A stretch of 64,000 bases of DNA from Mobula hypostoma. Its lineage: Eukaryota. Location: contig NC_086097.1 of NCBI RefSeq assembly GCF_963921235.1, positions 213,716,001 through 213,780,000 on the forward strand, given 5' to 3'. Shown here piece after piece: positions 50,784-64,000 of the stretch (position 1 is the stretch's first letter; each line of letters opens with the position of its first letter). The notes under the pieces were generated by a model. The model was not told the DNA's origin. It saw only the letters and a program-made list of their open reading frames with translations, and made no database searches. The position numbers and the translations under genes are program-made.

Positions 50784-53700
50784 AGTTCAAAGTAAACTTT
50801 ATTGTCAAGGTACATATACGTCATCATATACAACCCTGAGATTCGTTTTCTTGTGAATAAACTGAGCAAATCTATGGAATAGTAACTATAATAGGAACTA
50901 TGAAAGATCAACCAGAGTGCACAAAAAACAAACTGTGCAACTGCAAACATAAGTAAAAAGCAATAAATAAAGACAACATGAAATAATGAGATAAAGAGTC
51001 CTTAAAAGTGAGATCATTGGTTGTGAGAAGGTTTCAATGATGGGGCAAGTCGGTGTAAGTTATCCCCTTTTATTTCAGAATCTGATAGTTGAGGTGTAAC
51101 TGTTCTGGAACCTGGTGGTGCAAGTCCTGAGGCTCTTGTACCTTCTACCTGATGGCAACAGTGAGAAGAGACCATGATCTGGGTGATGGTGATCTCTGAC
51201 GATCGATGCTGCTTTCTTACAACAATGTTTCATGTAGATGTGCTCAAAGGTTGGGAGGGCTTTACCCATGATGTACTGGGCCGAATCAACTATCTTTTGT
51301 AGGATTTTCCGTTTAAAGGTATTGGTGTTTCCATACAAGACTGTGATGCAGCCAGACAACACACTCTCTATAGAAGTTTGCCGATGATTTAGACGTCATG
51401 CTGAACTTCCACAGACTCCTAAGGAAGTAGAAGCACTACCGTGCTCTCTTTGCAATTACACCTACGTGCCGGGCCCAGGACAGACCCTCTGAAATAGTAA
51501 CACCCAGGAATTTACAGAAGCTAAACCTCTCCACGCCTGATCCTCCGATGAGGACTGGCTCATGGACCTCCAGTTTCCCCTCCTAAAGTCCTGGTCTTGG
51601 TGACTTTGAGTGAGCGGTTGTTGTTGTTACACCACTCAGCAAAATTTTCAGTCTCCATCCTGTATGCTGACTCATCATCACCTTTGATTCGGACCACAAC
51701 AGTGGTGTCGTCAGCAAACTTGAATATGGCATTGGAGCTGTGCTTAGCCACACAGTCATAAGTGTAAAGTGAGTAGAGCGGGGGGCTAAGCACACAGCTT
51801 GAGGTACATCTGAGCTGATGGAGATCATGGAGGAGATACTGTTGCCAATCTGAACTGTCTGGGGTCTACAAGTGAGGAAATCCAGGATTCAATTGCAAAA
51901 AGAGGTATTGAGGCCAAGGTCTTGAAGCTCATTGATTAGTTGAGTATGCCTGATGGTATTGAATGCTGAGCTGTAGTCGATAAAGGGCATCCTGATATGT
52001 GCATCTTTGCATTCCAGATATTCCAGGATTGAGTGAAGAGCCAATGAGGGAATCTGCTGTGAACCTGGTGCTCCAGTAGACAGATTGGAGTGGATCAAAT
52101 TCCCTCTCAGGCAGGAGTTGATATATTTCATCACTAACCGCTCAAAACACTTCATCACTGTGGATGTAAGCGCTACTGGGTGATAGTCATTGAGGCAGGT
52201 CACCATGCTTATCTTGGGCACCGGTATCATTGAAGCCTGCTTGAAGCAGGTGGGTACCACACACTGCCAAAGTGAGAGGTTAAAGATGTCAGTGAACACA
52301 CCAGCCAGTTAGTCAGCACAGGTCTTTAGTACATGGCCAGGTATCCCCTCTGTTCTGAACGCTTTCAGTGGATCACCATCCTGAATGCAGCCCACATGTC
52401 AATGTCAATTTGGGGGATGGCAATGGTTCCTCCATGTTTTTTTGGTCAAAACGAGCATAGAAGGCAAGAAGCTCATCTGGAAGTGAAGCTTTGCTGCCTC
52501 CCATGTAACTTGATTTAACTTTGTAGGAGGTTAAAGCATTCAAAACCTGCCACAGCTGTTGCGTATCCCTTGCTGATTCAAGTTTGGTCCAGAATCTCCA
52601 CTTCGCCCACGAGGTGGCTTTCTGGAGATCATACCTGTACTTTTAAAATTAGTAGCTTTCCTGGTCTTCAGACTTGATTGCCTCTGATCTGGCTCTCATC
52701 AGATTTTGGATCTCATGGATCATCCAGGGCTTCCGACTGGGGGAGATTCTGAATGATTTGGCTGTTTTAATAAAGTCTGTTACAACCATGGCATATTCAT
52801 TCGGATCTCTAGATGATCCTTCAAGAATCATTGGACTCTGGTATTGTGTCAGAGGACTGGAAAGTAGCAAATGTCACTCCACTCTTTAAGAAAGGAGAGA
52901 GGCAGCAGAAAGAAAATTATAGACCAGTTAGGCTGATCTCAGTGGTTGGGAATATGTTGGAGTCAATTGTTAAGGATGAGGTTATGGAGTACTTGGTGAC
53001 ACAGGACAAGATAGGATAAAGTCAGCATAATTTCCTTAAGGGAAAATCTTGTCTGATGAACCTATTGGAATTCTTTGAGGAGATTACAAGTAGGAAGGAT
53101 AAAGGGGATGCAGTGGATGTTGTATATTTGGATTTTCAGGAGGCCTTTGACAAGGTGCCACACATGAGGCTGCTTACCAAGTTAAGAGCCCATGGTATTA
53201 CAGGAAAGTTACTTGCATTGTTAGAGCATTGGCTGATTGGTAGGAGGCAGTGAGTGGGAATAAAAGGATCCTTTTCTGGTTGGCTGCCAGTGACTAGTGG
53301 TGTTCCACAGGGGTGAGTGTTGGAACTGTTTCTTTTTATGCTGTATATCAGTGATTTAGATGATGGAATAGATGGCTCTGTTGGCAAGTTTGCAGATGAT
53401 ATGAAGATTGGTGGAGGGGCAGGTATTGTTGAGGAAACAGGTAGGCTGCAGAAGGACTTAGACAGGTTAGGAGAACGGACAAGAAAGTGGCAAATGAAAT
53501 ACAATGAAGGAAAATGCATGGTCATGCACTTTGGTAGAAGAAATAAATGTGCAAGCTATTTTCTAAATGGGGAGAAAAATCCAAATATCAGCGATGCAAA
53601 GGGACTTGGGAGTCCTTTTTGCAGGTTGAGTTGGTTGTGAGGAAGGCAAATGCAATGTTAGCATTCATTGCAAGAGGTCTGGAGTATAAGAGCTGGGATG

Positions 53701-54455
53701 TGATGCTGGGGCACAGGTGAAGCCTCACCTTGAGTATTGTGAACAGTTTTGGGCTCCTCATCTAAGAAAAGACGTGCTGGCTTTGGAGAGGGTTCAGAGG
53801 AGGGTTATCATATGAGGAATGTTTGAGGGCTTTGGGCCTGTACTTGCTGGAATTTAGAAGGATGCGAGTGGATCTCATTGAAAGCTTTTGAATGTTAAAA
53901 GGCCTAGACAGAGTAGATGTGGAAAAGATGTTTTCCATGGTGGGAGAGTCTAGAAAAAGAGGGTGAAGCCTCAGGATAGAGGGGCATCCATTTTAAACAG
54001 AGAGGTGGATTAATTTCTTTAACCAGAGGGTGGTGCATTTGTGGAATTTGTTACCACAGGCAGCCATGGAGGCCAGGTCACTGGTTGTATTTAAGGCAAA
54101 GACTGATAGGTTCTTGGTTGGCCACGACGTCAAAGGTTACGGGGAGAAGGCCGGAGAGTGGGGCTGAGGAGAGCAAAAAGGATCAGCCATGACCGAATGA
54201 TGGAGCAGACTGCTGGGCCAGGTGGCCTAATTCTGCTCCTATGCCTTATGGTCTTATAGATGTGTGGGCTTGAATACGGCCCAGTCCACTGACTCAAAGC
54301 AATCCCGTAATTGCTCCTCAGCTTCCAATGACCGTCTCTTTGTTGTCCTAATCTCTGGAGCCTAGCTTTTTAGCCCCTGCTTGTATGCAGATAGGAGGAG
54401 GTCAGCCAAGTGATCTGATTTAGCAAGATGCAGTCTGGGCATGGAACAGTAGGCA
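50784..54455 (-). mobile_element. Rex1/Babar LINE split by a CR1 (parts at 50784-52815 and 54257-54455)
   Basis: Minus ORFs 51889-52299 ([20 protein letters not shown]), 51560-51793 (FKFADDTT) and 51075-51362; the endonuclease end (DHLADLLLSAYKQ) resumes after 54260. Confidence 0.92.
52816..54256 (+). mobile_element. 5'-truncated CR1 inserted into the Rex1/Babar element
   Basis: ORFs 52813-53019, 53056-53253 and 53317-53640 (FADD); tail ccttatggtctta; probable TSD TAGATG (52810-52815 and 54257-54262). Confidence 0.95.
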
Positions 54456-54589
54456 TTCCTTATCTTAGTATAGCAGTGGGCTAGTATGTTGGGACCTACA
54501 TACTGGATCAGGGATTTTAACCAACTGTACTATGTCCTTTTTCCTATTTTTTCTGCTTGCCCAATATTTCCCCATGTGTGTATAATTCC

Positions 54590-55028
54590 TCTGAACTATT
54601 CTGAGCAAAGACATAGGCAGAAGATACAAAATCCGGAAAACACATGTCACAAGATGCAAGAACGGCTTCTACCCCACTGTTTATATGACTATTAGATAGT
54701 TCCGTAGTACCATAAGTTGGACTCTTGACCTTGCAATCTACCTCATTATTATCTTGAACTGCACTTACTCTGCAGCTGATACACTTTATACTGCATTACT
54801 GTTGCTTTGCCTTGTTCTACTTCAATGCATTGTGTAGTACACAGGAAATGCTGGAGGGATTCAGCAGGTCAGGCAGCATTCATAGAGAGGAATAAATCAT
54901 TGGCATTTTGGGCCAAGACCCTTCATCAGGACCGATGAAAAGGAGGGGGAAAAAAATCAGAATCAAAAGCTTTTCACTGTAACTCAATACACGTGACAAT
55001 AATGAAACAAATCCAATTCCAATACCAA
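54590..55028 (+). mobile_element. Rex-type 3' end with a nested minus-strand Penelope repeat (about 54838-54960)
   Basis: GRRYK...KNGFYP-like ending; nested tgctggagggattcagcagg...acccttcatcaggacc. Confidence 0.65.
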
Positions 55029-55909
55029 GATAGTACAATGGAGTAGAGGAGCATAGGACTTGAGGTAGAAGATTTGGTATGGGAATAGGGTCAGCTTCTA
55101 TATTTTCAGTTCTAAATTCTGTGATGTCCATGACAATAGAAATAGTACAAAAACACTCCTGTGCCCCCAAGGACAGCCATTGGCATCAATGACTGGTAGG
55201 AGTCTAACTCAGAGATGTTTATTAATAATCCCACAGACTTACCTCAAATGACCAATTCTTCCATTCCTGTTTTTTTTTGTGGAATTACTGCTCAGCAACA
55301 TCTTTCTCTATCTGTTAAGATAATACGCTATCATTGTCGCTTGCCAGGCAGTCATGACACTTCTGCTTCTGCACTGCCCTGTCCAGAAAATAAGACAATA
55401 AGACATAGGAACAGAATTAGGCCACTTGGCCCATCGCGTCTGCTCCACAACAAGAGGTAAGTATCTCAATGGGTGCAATCTATTGGGTGGTGTGCCTTAC
55501 ATGTTTGTGTAGCTAGCACTGTGTACAAGCCTTACTGTGTATAGATGAGATTGTAGTCCCTCAGAAGTTGAGATGATGTCCGTCAGACATGGAGAGTCAT
55601 CAGGTGACCAATGCGTGTGATTCTGGATGCATACATTTGCAGTAATAATTTAGGAACCCATTTGGTTGTTTGCTCCTTCTACTACTGCTGTTTTCCTCCC
55701 ATGCACTTTTTGATGTTTGCCCTGATGAATCCTGTGGGGCCATGTTCAGCACATACTGACATGTCCTTCCTCGATCTTGCTGTGATGCTTGAGGGTGACC
55801 TTGATTGTGACATTGTATCATCTCCACTGGCTGGAATGTAGTGGGGTTTGGTTCTCAGGCATCCAAGTAGAGCAAACTTTCCGCTGGAGCTTATTACTTA
55901 ACAACAATT

Positions 55910-58900
55910 CTATAAGACAATAGGCATTAGGACAATAAGAAGGTTGGGCCATTCGGCCCATCCAGTCTGCTCCACATTCCATCATGGCTGATTTATTATC
56001 CCTCAGCCCCATTCTCCTTCCTTCTCTCCATAACCTTTGACGTCCTGATTAATTAAGAACCAATCAACTATCAACCTCTGCTTAAAACATACTCAGTGAT
56101 TTGGCCTCCACAGCCAACTGTGGTAATGAATTCCACAGTTTCATGACCCTCTGGCTAAAAAAATCCCTTCTTATCTTAGCTTGAAATGCACATCCCTCTG
56201 TTCTGTGGCTATGCCCTCATCCACCATAGGAAATATCTCTCCACACATAGTCCCAAAGCCATCACACGTTAATCCTTTCATTCCCTGAATCATCTCGTGA
56301 ACCTCCTCTGGACCCTGTCCAATGCCAGCTCAACTTTTCTTGGATAAGGATCCCAAAGCTGTTCACAATACTCTGAGTATGGTTTGACCAATGCCTGACC
56401 AAGGACTCCCAAGCCCATTAGCATTTCTGAATTTTGATTTTTCTCTCTGTTTAGAAAAAAAATCTGTACCTTTATTCCTTCTCCCAAAGTGCATGACCGT
56501 AGACTTCCCTGCACTATGTTCCATTTGCCACTTCTTTGCCCATTCTCCTAATCTGTCTAAGTCCTTCTGCAGACTCCCTGCTTCCTCAACGTCACCTATC
56601 TTTCATCATCCACAAACATGGCCACAAAGATATTAATTCAATCATCCAAATCATTAACATATAACATGAAAAGAAGTGATCCCTATACTGGCCCCTACAG
56701 AAAACCATCAGCAGTCAATGACATCAGCAGTCTCTTTTTTTCCCCACAGTACCTCCTGCCAGTCAGCAAATCTTCTATCCGTGTTAGTATCTTTCTTGGG
56801 CTCTTATCCTGTTATACAGCCACATGAGTAGCAGCTTATCGAAGGCATTCTTAAAATTCAACTAAACAACATCCACTGATTCTCCTTTGTCTATCCTGCT
56901 GTTATTTCTTCAAAGAATTCCTACAGATTTGTTAGGCAAGATTTCCCCTTAAGGAAACCATGATGACTTTGGCCTACTTTATCATGTGCTTCCAAGTACC
57001 CCAAAACCTCAACCTTAATAAACCTTAATAAAAGGCTCCAACATCTTCCCGACCACTGAAGTCAGGCTAAATACCTATAATTTCCTTTCTTCTGCCTCCA
57101 TTCCTTCTTAAAAAATGGAGTGGCATTTACAGTTTCCAGTCCTCTGGAAACATTTGAGAATCTAGTGATTCTTGAAAGATTTTTACTAATTCACTTCAGC
57201 TGCCTCTTTCAGAACCCTGAGGTGTAGTCTATTTGGTCCAGGTGACTTACCTACCTTCAGACCTTTCAGCTTCCCAAGCACCTTCTCATAGAAATAGTAA
57301 ATACACTCACTTCTGTTCCTTGAATTTCTGGTATACTGTTGGTGTCTTCTACAGTGAGGATTAATGCAGAATACCTATTAGCCTTGTCAGCCATTTCTTT
57401 CTCCCATTACACCTTCCCAGCATCATTTCCCAGCAGTCTGATATCCACTCTCACCTCTCTTTTACTCTTCATATATCTGAAAAAACTTTTGGTATCCCAT
57501 TTTATATTATTGGCTAGCTTACCTTCTCATTTCATCTTTTCTCTTCTTACGGCTTTTGTTTTTAGTTACCTTCTATTTGTTTTTAAAAGCTTCACAATCC
57601 TTTAACTTCCACTAATTTTTGCTATACTACATGTCCTCTGTTTTGCTTTTATGCTGTTTTTGATTTCCATTGTCAGCCACCGTTGCCTCATTCTCCTTTT
57701 AGATTTTTTCTTTATCCTTGGGATGTATCTATCCTGCACCTTCCAAATTGCCCCCAGGAACCCCAAGTTCTTAAAGGCTTTCCTGTGCTCTAACGTCCCA
57801 CTAATTTTTGTTCTATTTTATGCCTTCTCTTTGGCTTTTACGTTGGCTTTGACTTCTCTTGTCAGCCATGGTTGTGTCATCCTGCCTTTAGCATAATTCT
57901 TCTTCTTTGGGATGTATCTTCCACGTTTCTCCCAGAAGCTCCAGTCATTGTTGTTTCACCGTCATCGCTAGTGTTCTCTTCCAATCAATTATGGCCAGCT
58001 ACTCTCTCATTTACTTTACTCCACTGTAGTATTAGTACATCTGACTTTAGCTTCTCCTTCTCAAAGTGTAGGGTGAATTTTATCATATTTTGATCACTAC
58101 CTCTGAAGGATTCTTTTATCTTTAACTCACTAATCAAATTTGGTTCATTACACAACACCCAATATAGAATTACTTTTCCCCAGGACACTGAGGTGTAGTC
58201 CATCTGGTCCGGGTGACTTATCCACATTAAGACCTTTGGGTTTCCCTAGCACTTTTACCTTTGTAATAGCAATGGCACTCATTCTTGCTCCCTAGCACTC
58301 ACGGACCTCTGACATACTGCTAGTGTCTTCCACAGTGAAGACTGATGCATTTCTTTGCCCTCCCATTACTACCTCACCAGCATCATTTGCCAGTGGTCCA
58401 ATATCAACTCTCGCCTCCCTTTTACTCTTTATATATCTGAAAAAACTTCTAGTATCATGCTTTATATTGCCTATTTTGCCCTCATATTTCATCTTTTCCC
58501 TCCTTACAGCTTTTTTTAGTTGCCTTTTGTTGGATTTTTAAAGCTTCCCAATCATTCTTCTTCCCACTCACTTTTCTTTTGTGCTGTCCTTAACCTCTGT
58601 TGTCAGCCACAGTTGTCTACTTCTGCCATTTGAGAACTTTTTCTGTGGGACATATGTATCCCGAATCTTGTGAACTATTCCCAGAAACTTCAGCCATCTC
58701 TAGTCTGTGTCATCCCTGCCCATATCCTCCTCCAATCTACCTGGGCAAACTCCTCTCTCATGCCTCTGTAATTCACTTTATTCCATTGTGATACAGATAC
58801 ATGTAAGTTGATTCCTAAGGGTACCTTTACATTAAGCTCCCTCATAAGATCTGGGTTATTACACAACACTCAATCTAAGATAGACTTTCCCCGAGTAGAC

Positions 58901-59015
58901 TCAAGCACAAGCTGATCTAGGTATTCAACAATTTCCCTCTCTTGTGATCTGACACAAACCTGATTTTCCCAATCTCCTTGCATATTGAGGTCCCCCCGTT
59001 ATAATTGTGACATAC
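55910..59015 (-). mobile_element. Stack of CR1 fragments (3' end, RT and reiterated linker segments)
   Basis: CR1 tail at about 55910-55990; SEYCEQLWDPY..K...LDRVQRRFTR; the endonuclease-RT linker segment recurs at about 57410-57760, 57775-58180 and 58180-58900. Confidence 0.85.
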
Positions 59016-59045
59016 TGTTGTATTGGTGACATTCAAAGACAGGCC

Positions 59046-59331
59046 TGTGGTGACCCACTTTCTAGCACACACGAACCGGCTCACAAAACAGCGCGCGCAG
59101 GCAGAGGGCCGGCCCCAAAAAGGGCGCCAGGCTATCTTTACCAGCAGGGGGAAATCCCGCGCGCGGAAAGGGTCTGGGAATATGCAATCCCCACAGCAGT
59201 CCCGCCCCAGAGAGGGCGGGAATGGGAAGGCTTTAAAGCAGGCCGCGAAGTTTGAATAAATCTCTTTATCGCAACTCCAACTCACCGACTCCGTGTGGTT
59301 ATTCTAGCGCTGTGTGTAGCACACCGCTGCA
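59046..59331 (+). repeat. 5' LTR (286 bp)
   Basis: TGTGG...GCTGCA; direct repeat of 63116-63400; contains TTTAAA and AATAAA. Confidence 0.97.
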
Positions 59332-59333
59332 TT

Positions 59334-59347
59334 TGGTGACCCCGACG
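59334..59347 (+). promoter_or_regulatory. Primer-binding site for tRNA-Trp
   Basis: TGGTGACCCCGACG is complementary to the 3' end of vertebrate tRNA-Trp (CGUCGGGGUCACCA) and lies 2 nt after the LTR. Confidence 0.92.
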
Positions 59348-59371
59348 GCCCAAACGATATTTGGGCCAGTG

Positions 59372-62300
59372 ATGACTGACGCCGCATCTGATCACGCAGT
59401 TTCATTACAACTGCCAAGTTTTTGGCAGCTGAGACACCGTCTGTGGTTGGAACAGGCAGAAGCACAATTCCACATTCGGCAGATAACCTCGGAGTCCACT
59501 CGCTACTGCTACGTGCTGAGCTCACTCGACCAGGATACAGCTGCACAAGTTGAGGAGTTTATACAGTCACCCCCGGAGAACGGCAAATACACAGCATTCA
59601 AGGCCCTGCTCATAAGGACTTTCGGACTCTCACGGCGTGAACGAGCACGCCGCTTAATGCACCTGGATGGTTTGGGAGACAGGCCACTGTCGGCATTAAT
59701 GAACGAAATGCTGGCCCTGGCTGAAGGACACAAACCCTGCCTCATGTTTGAGCAGGCGTTCCTAGAGCAACTGCCCGAGGACATATGCCTGCTGCTGTCC
59801 GACGCAGATTTCAGCAACCCCCAGGAGGTAGCGGCCCGGGCAGATGTGCTGTGGAATGCCAAGAAGGAGAGAGGGGCAACCGGGCATCCGTCGCACAGAT
59901 CACCAAGCCGCGTGCCCAACGGCAGACCAGACCAGGCCCAGCAGCAGAGCCCAACGAACAATGGTGCTTCTACCACCAGCGGTGGGGCACAGAGGCCCGC
60001 CGCTGTAGACCACCCTGCAAATTGCCGGGAAACGCCAAGGCCCAGCTGCCGCCGATCGCTATAGCGGCTGACCATCAGGACAGCCTCCTGTACGTCTGGG
60101 ACAAGCAGTCGGGACGCCGATTTTTGGTCGACACCGGAGCGGAGATCAGCGTTTTACCTCCAACGAGTTATGACACCCGCAACAGAGAACCTGGACCCAC
60201 CCTGAGGGCCGCTAATGGCAGCACAATACGAACCTACGGCACCCACACGGTGCGGCTACAGTTCAGCTCCAGCCGGTTTACATGGGACTTCACACTGGCC
60301 GCCGTTGCCCAACCACTCCTGGGGGTGGATTTTCTGCGAGCCCACAGCCTGCTGGTCGACCTGCTATGGAAGCGATTAGTCCACGCCAAGACTTTTCAAA
60401 CATTCTCCCTGGGTGAAGCAAAGTTGCCAGCCCCACACCTGGACTCCATCACGCTGTCCAACGATGAATTCACCAGGGTCCTGGCGGATTTCCCATCAGT
60501 ACTGACACTGCAGTTCATGGCAGCCATGCCCAGACATGGAGTACAGCACCACATCCCGACCCAGGGACCACCCCTCCACGCCCGTGCTCAAAGGCTTTCC
60601 CCGGACAAGCTCCGACTGGCGAAGGAGGAGTTCAAGAAGATGGAGGAATTGGGGATCATACGACGGTCCGACAGCCCATGGGCCTCCCCCTGGCACATGG
60701 TGCCCAAGGCAACGGGGGGCTGGAGACCACGAGGTGACTACCACAGACTGAACGAGGCTACAACGCCAGACCGCTACCCTGTGCCGCACATTCAAGACTT
60801 TGCAGCAAACCTACATGGTGCAAGGATCTTTTCCAAGGTAGACCTCGTCCGGGGATGCCATCAAATCCTGATACATCCGGACAACATCCCCAGAACAGCA
60901 CTCATCACCCCGTTTGGACTTTTCGAATTCCTCCGAATGCCGTTCGGTCTAAAGAATGCCGCACAGACGTTCCAGTGGCTAATGGATGTGAGGGGGGACG
61001 CGACCTGGACTTTGCATTCATCTATTTGGACGACATCCTCATAGCCAGCAGTAGTCGTCAAGAGCATCTGTCCCACCTCCGCCAGCTCTACTCCTGCCTG
61101 AGTGAATTCGGCCTTACAATCAACCCGGCCAAATGCCAGTTTGGACTCGACACCATCGACTTCCTGGGCCACAGGATTACTAAAGACGGGGCAAACCCGC
61201 TGCCCGCCAAGGTAGACGTGGTCGGCCACTTCCCCCACCCAACACAATCAAAGGCCTGCAGGAATTCGTGGGTATGGTGAATTTCTACCACCGTTTCCTC
61301 CCCTCAGCAGCCCGAACCATGCGCCCCCTGTTCACTCTGATGTCGGGTAAGGGCAAGGACATTACCTGGGACGAAGAGGCCGCAGCCGCTTTCGTTAAAA
61401 CCAAAGAAGCCTTGGCAAACGCCGCGATGCTAGTGCACCCCAGAACGGACGTTCCTACTGCCCTCACGGTGGATGCATCCAACCCAGCAGTCGATAGAGT
61501 GCTGGAACAACTCATCGAGGGTCGCTGGCAACCCCTGGCGTTCTTCAGCAAACACCTACGATCACCTGAACTCAAATACAGTGCTTTCGACCGGGAGCTA
61601 TTGGCACTATACCTGGCAATCCGACATTTCAGGTACTTCTTAGAAGGTGGGCCCTTCACCGCGTTCACAGACCACAAACCGCTTACCATTGCGTTCACAA
61701 AGGTGTCCGACCCCTGGTCGTCCTGCCAGCAGTGACATCTGTCCTACATCTCCGAGTACACGACGGACATCCGGCATGTCCCGGGAAAGGACAACGTCGT
61801 GGCGGACGCACTATCCAGACCTACCATGCAGGCCCTGTCCCAGGGGATGGACTATGCAGCGCTGGCAGAGGCACAGCAGGCAGACGCTGAGATCCCCAGT
61901 TACAGGACTGCAGTCTCCAGTTTGCAGCTCCAAGGCCTCCCCGTAGGTCCAGGTGAGAGGACCCTACTATGTGACGTAGCTACTGGCCAAACCCGCCCCG
62001 TCGTCCCAGCAGACTGGCGCCGGCGGGTTTTCGACTCCATTCACAACTTAGCGCACCCGTCCATCAGGACAACCGTCCGGCTGGTCGCCAACAGGTTCAT
62101 GTGGCGTGGGCTGCGTAAACAGGTCAGTGAATGGGCCAAAACGTGCATGCAGTGCCAAACGGCCAAGGTGCAGCGGCACACCAAGGCTCCGCCACAGCGG
62201 TTCGAACCCACCCGCCGGAGGTTCGACCACATCCATGTGGATATCGTGGGGCCCCTGTCAGTGTCACGAGGAGTGCGGTACCTCCTGACTATGATAGACC

Positions 62301-63115
62301 GGTTCACCAGATGGCCAGAGGCAGTCCCGCTCAACGACACCACCTCCGAATCCTGCGCCCGAGCACTGATCGCAACCTGGGTAGCCCGCTTCGGGGTACC
62401 GGCCCACATTACCTCCGACAGGGGCGCAAATTTCACCTCCAGCCTGTGGTCAGCTATGGCCAGCCTTTTAGGATCGCAGCTACACCACACAACTGCCTAC
62501 CACCCACAGTCGAACGGACTAGTGGAGCGCTTCCACTGTCACCTGAAATCAGCTCTCATGGCCGGCCTGGAGGGGCCTAACTGGGTGGACGAGCTTCCCT
62601 GGGTCCTGCTCGGAATCCGCACGGCGCCCAAAGAGAATCTGCACACCTCGTCGGCCGAGTTGGTGTACGGCGCACCCCTGGTTGTCCCAGGAGTGTTCAT
62701 ACCAGCCCCAAGGGGGCAAGAGGAAGAACCCACAACAGTCCTGGACAGACTACAGGAGAGGCTCGGTAACCTGGCCCCCATCCCCACTTCACAGCACGGA
62801 CAGAGCCCGACCTGCGTACCCAAAGACCTGCAGAACTGTAAGTTTCTTTTTGTATGACGGGGCAGACACTGGGCACCACTACAGCGGCCCTACGAGGGGC
62901 CGTTTAAGGTGATCAGGAACAACGGGTCCACGTTCGTGCTGAACATTGGGGGGAGAGAGGAGGTTTTCACGGTGGACTGACTCAAACCGGCCCATGTGGA
63001 CTTGGCGCAGCCGGTCCAGGCTCAGGCACCGCGGTGCAGGGGCAGACCTCCCAAACAGAGGCCGATCCAGACTGTGGACATTGGGGGAGGTATCACCGGT
63101 TCTGTGGTGGGGTTA
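59372..63115 (+). pseudogene. gag-pol polyprotein disrupted by about 3 frameshifts and several stops
   Basis: Gag VSLQLPSFW...QAEAQF; CHCC box CFYHQRWGTEARRCRPPC; protease FLVDTGAEIS; RT MPFGLKNA and YLDD; RNase H VDAS...DHKPL; integrase HNLAH..CMQC, DIVGP, SDRG, NGLVERFH. Breaks near 59875, 60990, 61250, 61733 and 62855. Confidence 0.95.
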
Positions 63116-63400
63116 TGTGGCGACCCACTTTCTAGCACACACGAACCGGCTCACAACAACGCACGCAGGCCGAGGACCGGCCCCAAAAAGGGCGCCAGGC
63201 CATCTCCACCAGCAGGGGGAAAATCCCGCGCGCGGAAAGGGTCTGGGAATATGCATTCCCCACAGCAGTCCCGCCCCAGGGAGGGCGGGAACGGGAAGGC
63301 TTTAAAGCAGGCCGCGAAGTTTGAATAAATCTCTTTATCGCAACTCCAACTCACCGACTCCGTGTGGTTATTCTAGCGCTGTGTGTAGCACACCGCTACA
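63116..63400 (+). repeat. 3' LTR (285 bp)
   Basis: TGTGG...GCTACA followed by the TSD GGCC; preceded by an eroded G-rich PPT (gtggtgggg). Confidence 0.97.
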
Positions 63401-64000
63401 GGCCGTGATTTTGATACAAAACACTGAACTGACCTAACATCACTTGCAGGTCCAGTGTGGAATGTGCTATCATCAACCAGCCTTCTGCAGACAGAAGATC
63501 ACGGACACCTTTGCATATTTGTTTTATTCCAGATGGGATGTGACAACGATTAAGTAATTTCCCGTCAGGTTGAAATTGGATTCTGAGGCTGGATGGTGGT
63601 GAATTGACTTGACTAAGATGATCAATGTTAGTCAGCTAGATGGAAAACAGTTTGGAATTGATCACATAGCCTTTGTGTAACCCCAGTCTGGATAGAGAAG
63701 GCATCAATCTCTAATCCTTGCTGGTCATATCATTGTGTAGAAGTCTCAGCACAGTGACAAGTTTCACCTGTCATCAGGGGATAATCCATTGATCTGTGTT
63801 TTAAGGAATTAATTGCTTTGGTCTATTTTGACTCAAACTATTTTGGGATAAGCCTTGCATGGACCCTGAAATCCACAGTGCTCAGAGTGGATGGAAACCA
63901 GGCCGTGTTTTCAATAGGATCTTCTCAGCAACCAGACAAAAGCAATTGAGAAGAATGTGGTTCAGAGTCTTATCCAAAACGGACAGACAGGCAATTCTCC

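Larger units (their letters stand above)
59046..63400 (+). mobile_element. Full-length, defective Ty3/Gypsy LTR retrotransposon, CsRn1/Kabuki/Boudicca-like
   Basis: LTRs 59046-59331 and 63116-63400; 4-bp TSD GGCC (59042-59045 and 63401-63404); tRNA-Trp PBS; domain order gag-PR-RT-RH-IN. Confidence 0.97.

Noticed and set aside
59509..62823. Multiple antisense and alternate-frame ORFs in the Gypsy element
   Set aside because: Expected shadows of GC-rich coding sequence; no env-like or other motifs.
1..64000. CRISPR arrays, rRNA or tRNA genes, prokaryotic operons
   Set aside because: None seen. The dispersed repeats are eukaryotic retroelement ends, and tRNA-like sequence occurs only as SINE heads and primer-binding sites.

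Overview
Repeat-dominated vertebrate non-coding DNA. The repeat families suggest a cartilaginous fish, probably a ray or skate (inference). I recognised no intact host gene. The window is a mosaic of decayed and nested CR1 LINEs, Rex1/Babar LINEs, RTE fragments, Penelope-like 3' ends with minimal hammerhead-ribozyme motifs, V-SINE-type SINEs, a Tc1 derivative and a solo LTR. It also holds two LTR retrotransposons with both LTRs. One is a near-complete GC-rich CsRn1-clade Gypsy (59046-63400). The other, the most striking object, is an old Mag-like Gypsy on the minus strand (29027-31480; two LTRs, PBS, 5-bp TSD) whose pol has been replaced by an intronless copy of the host splicing-factor mRNA RBM25, i.e. 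cellular gene capture by an LTR retrotransposon. Family assignments rest on recalled motifs, not database searches. Boundaries of decayed fragments are approximate.
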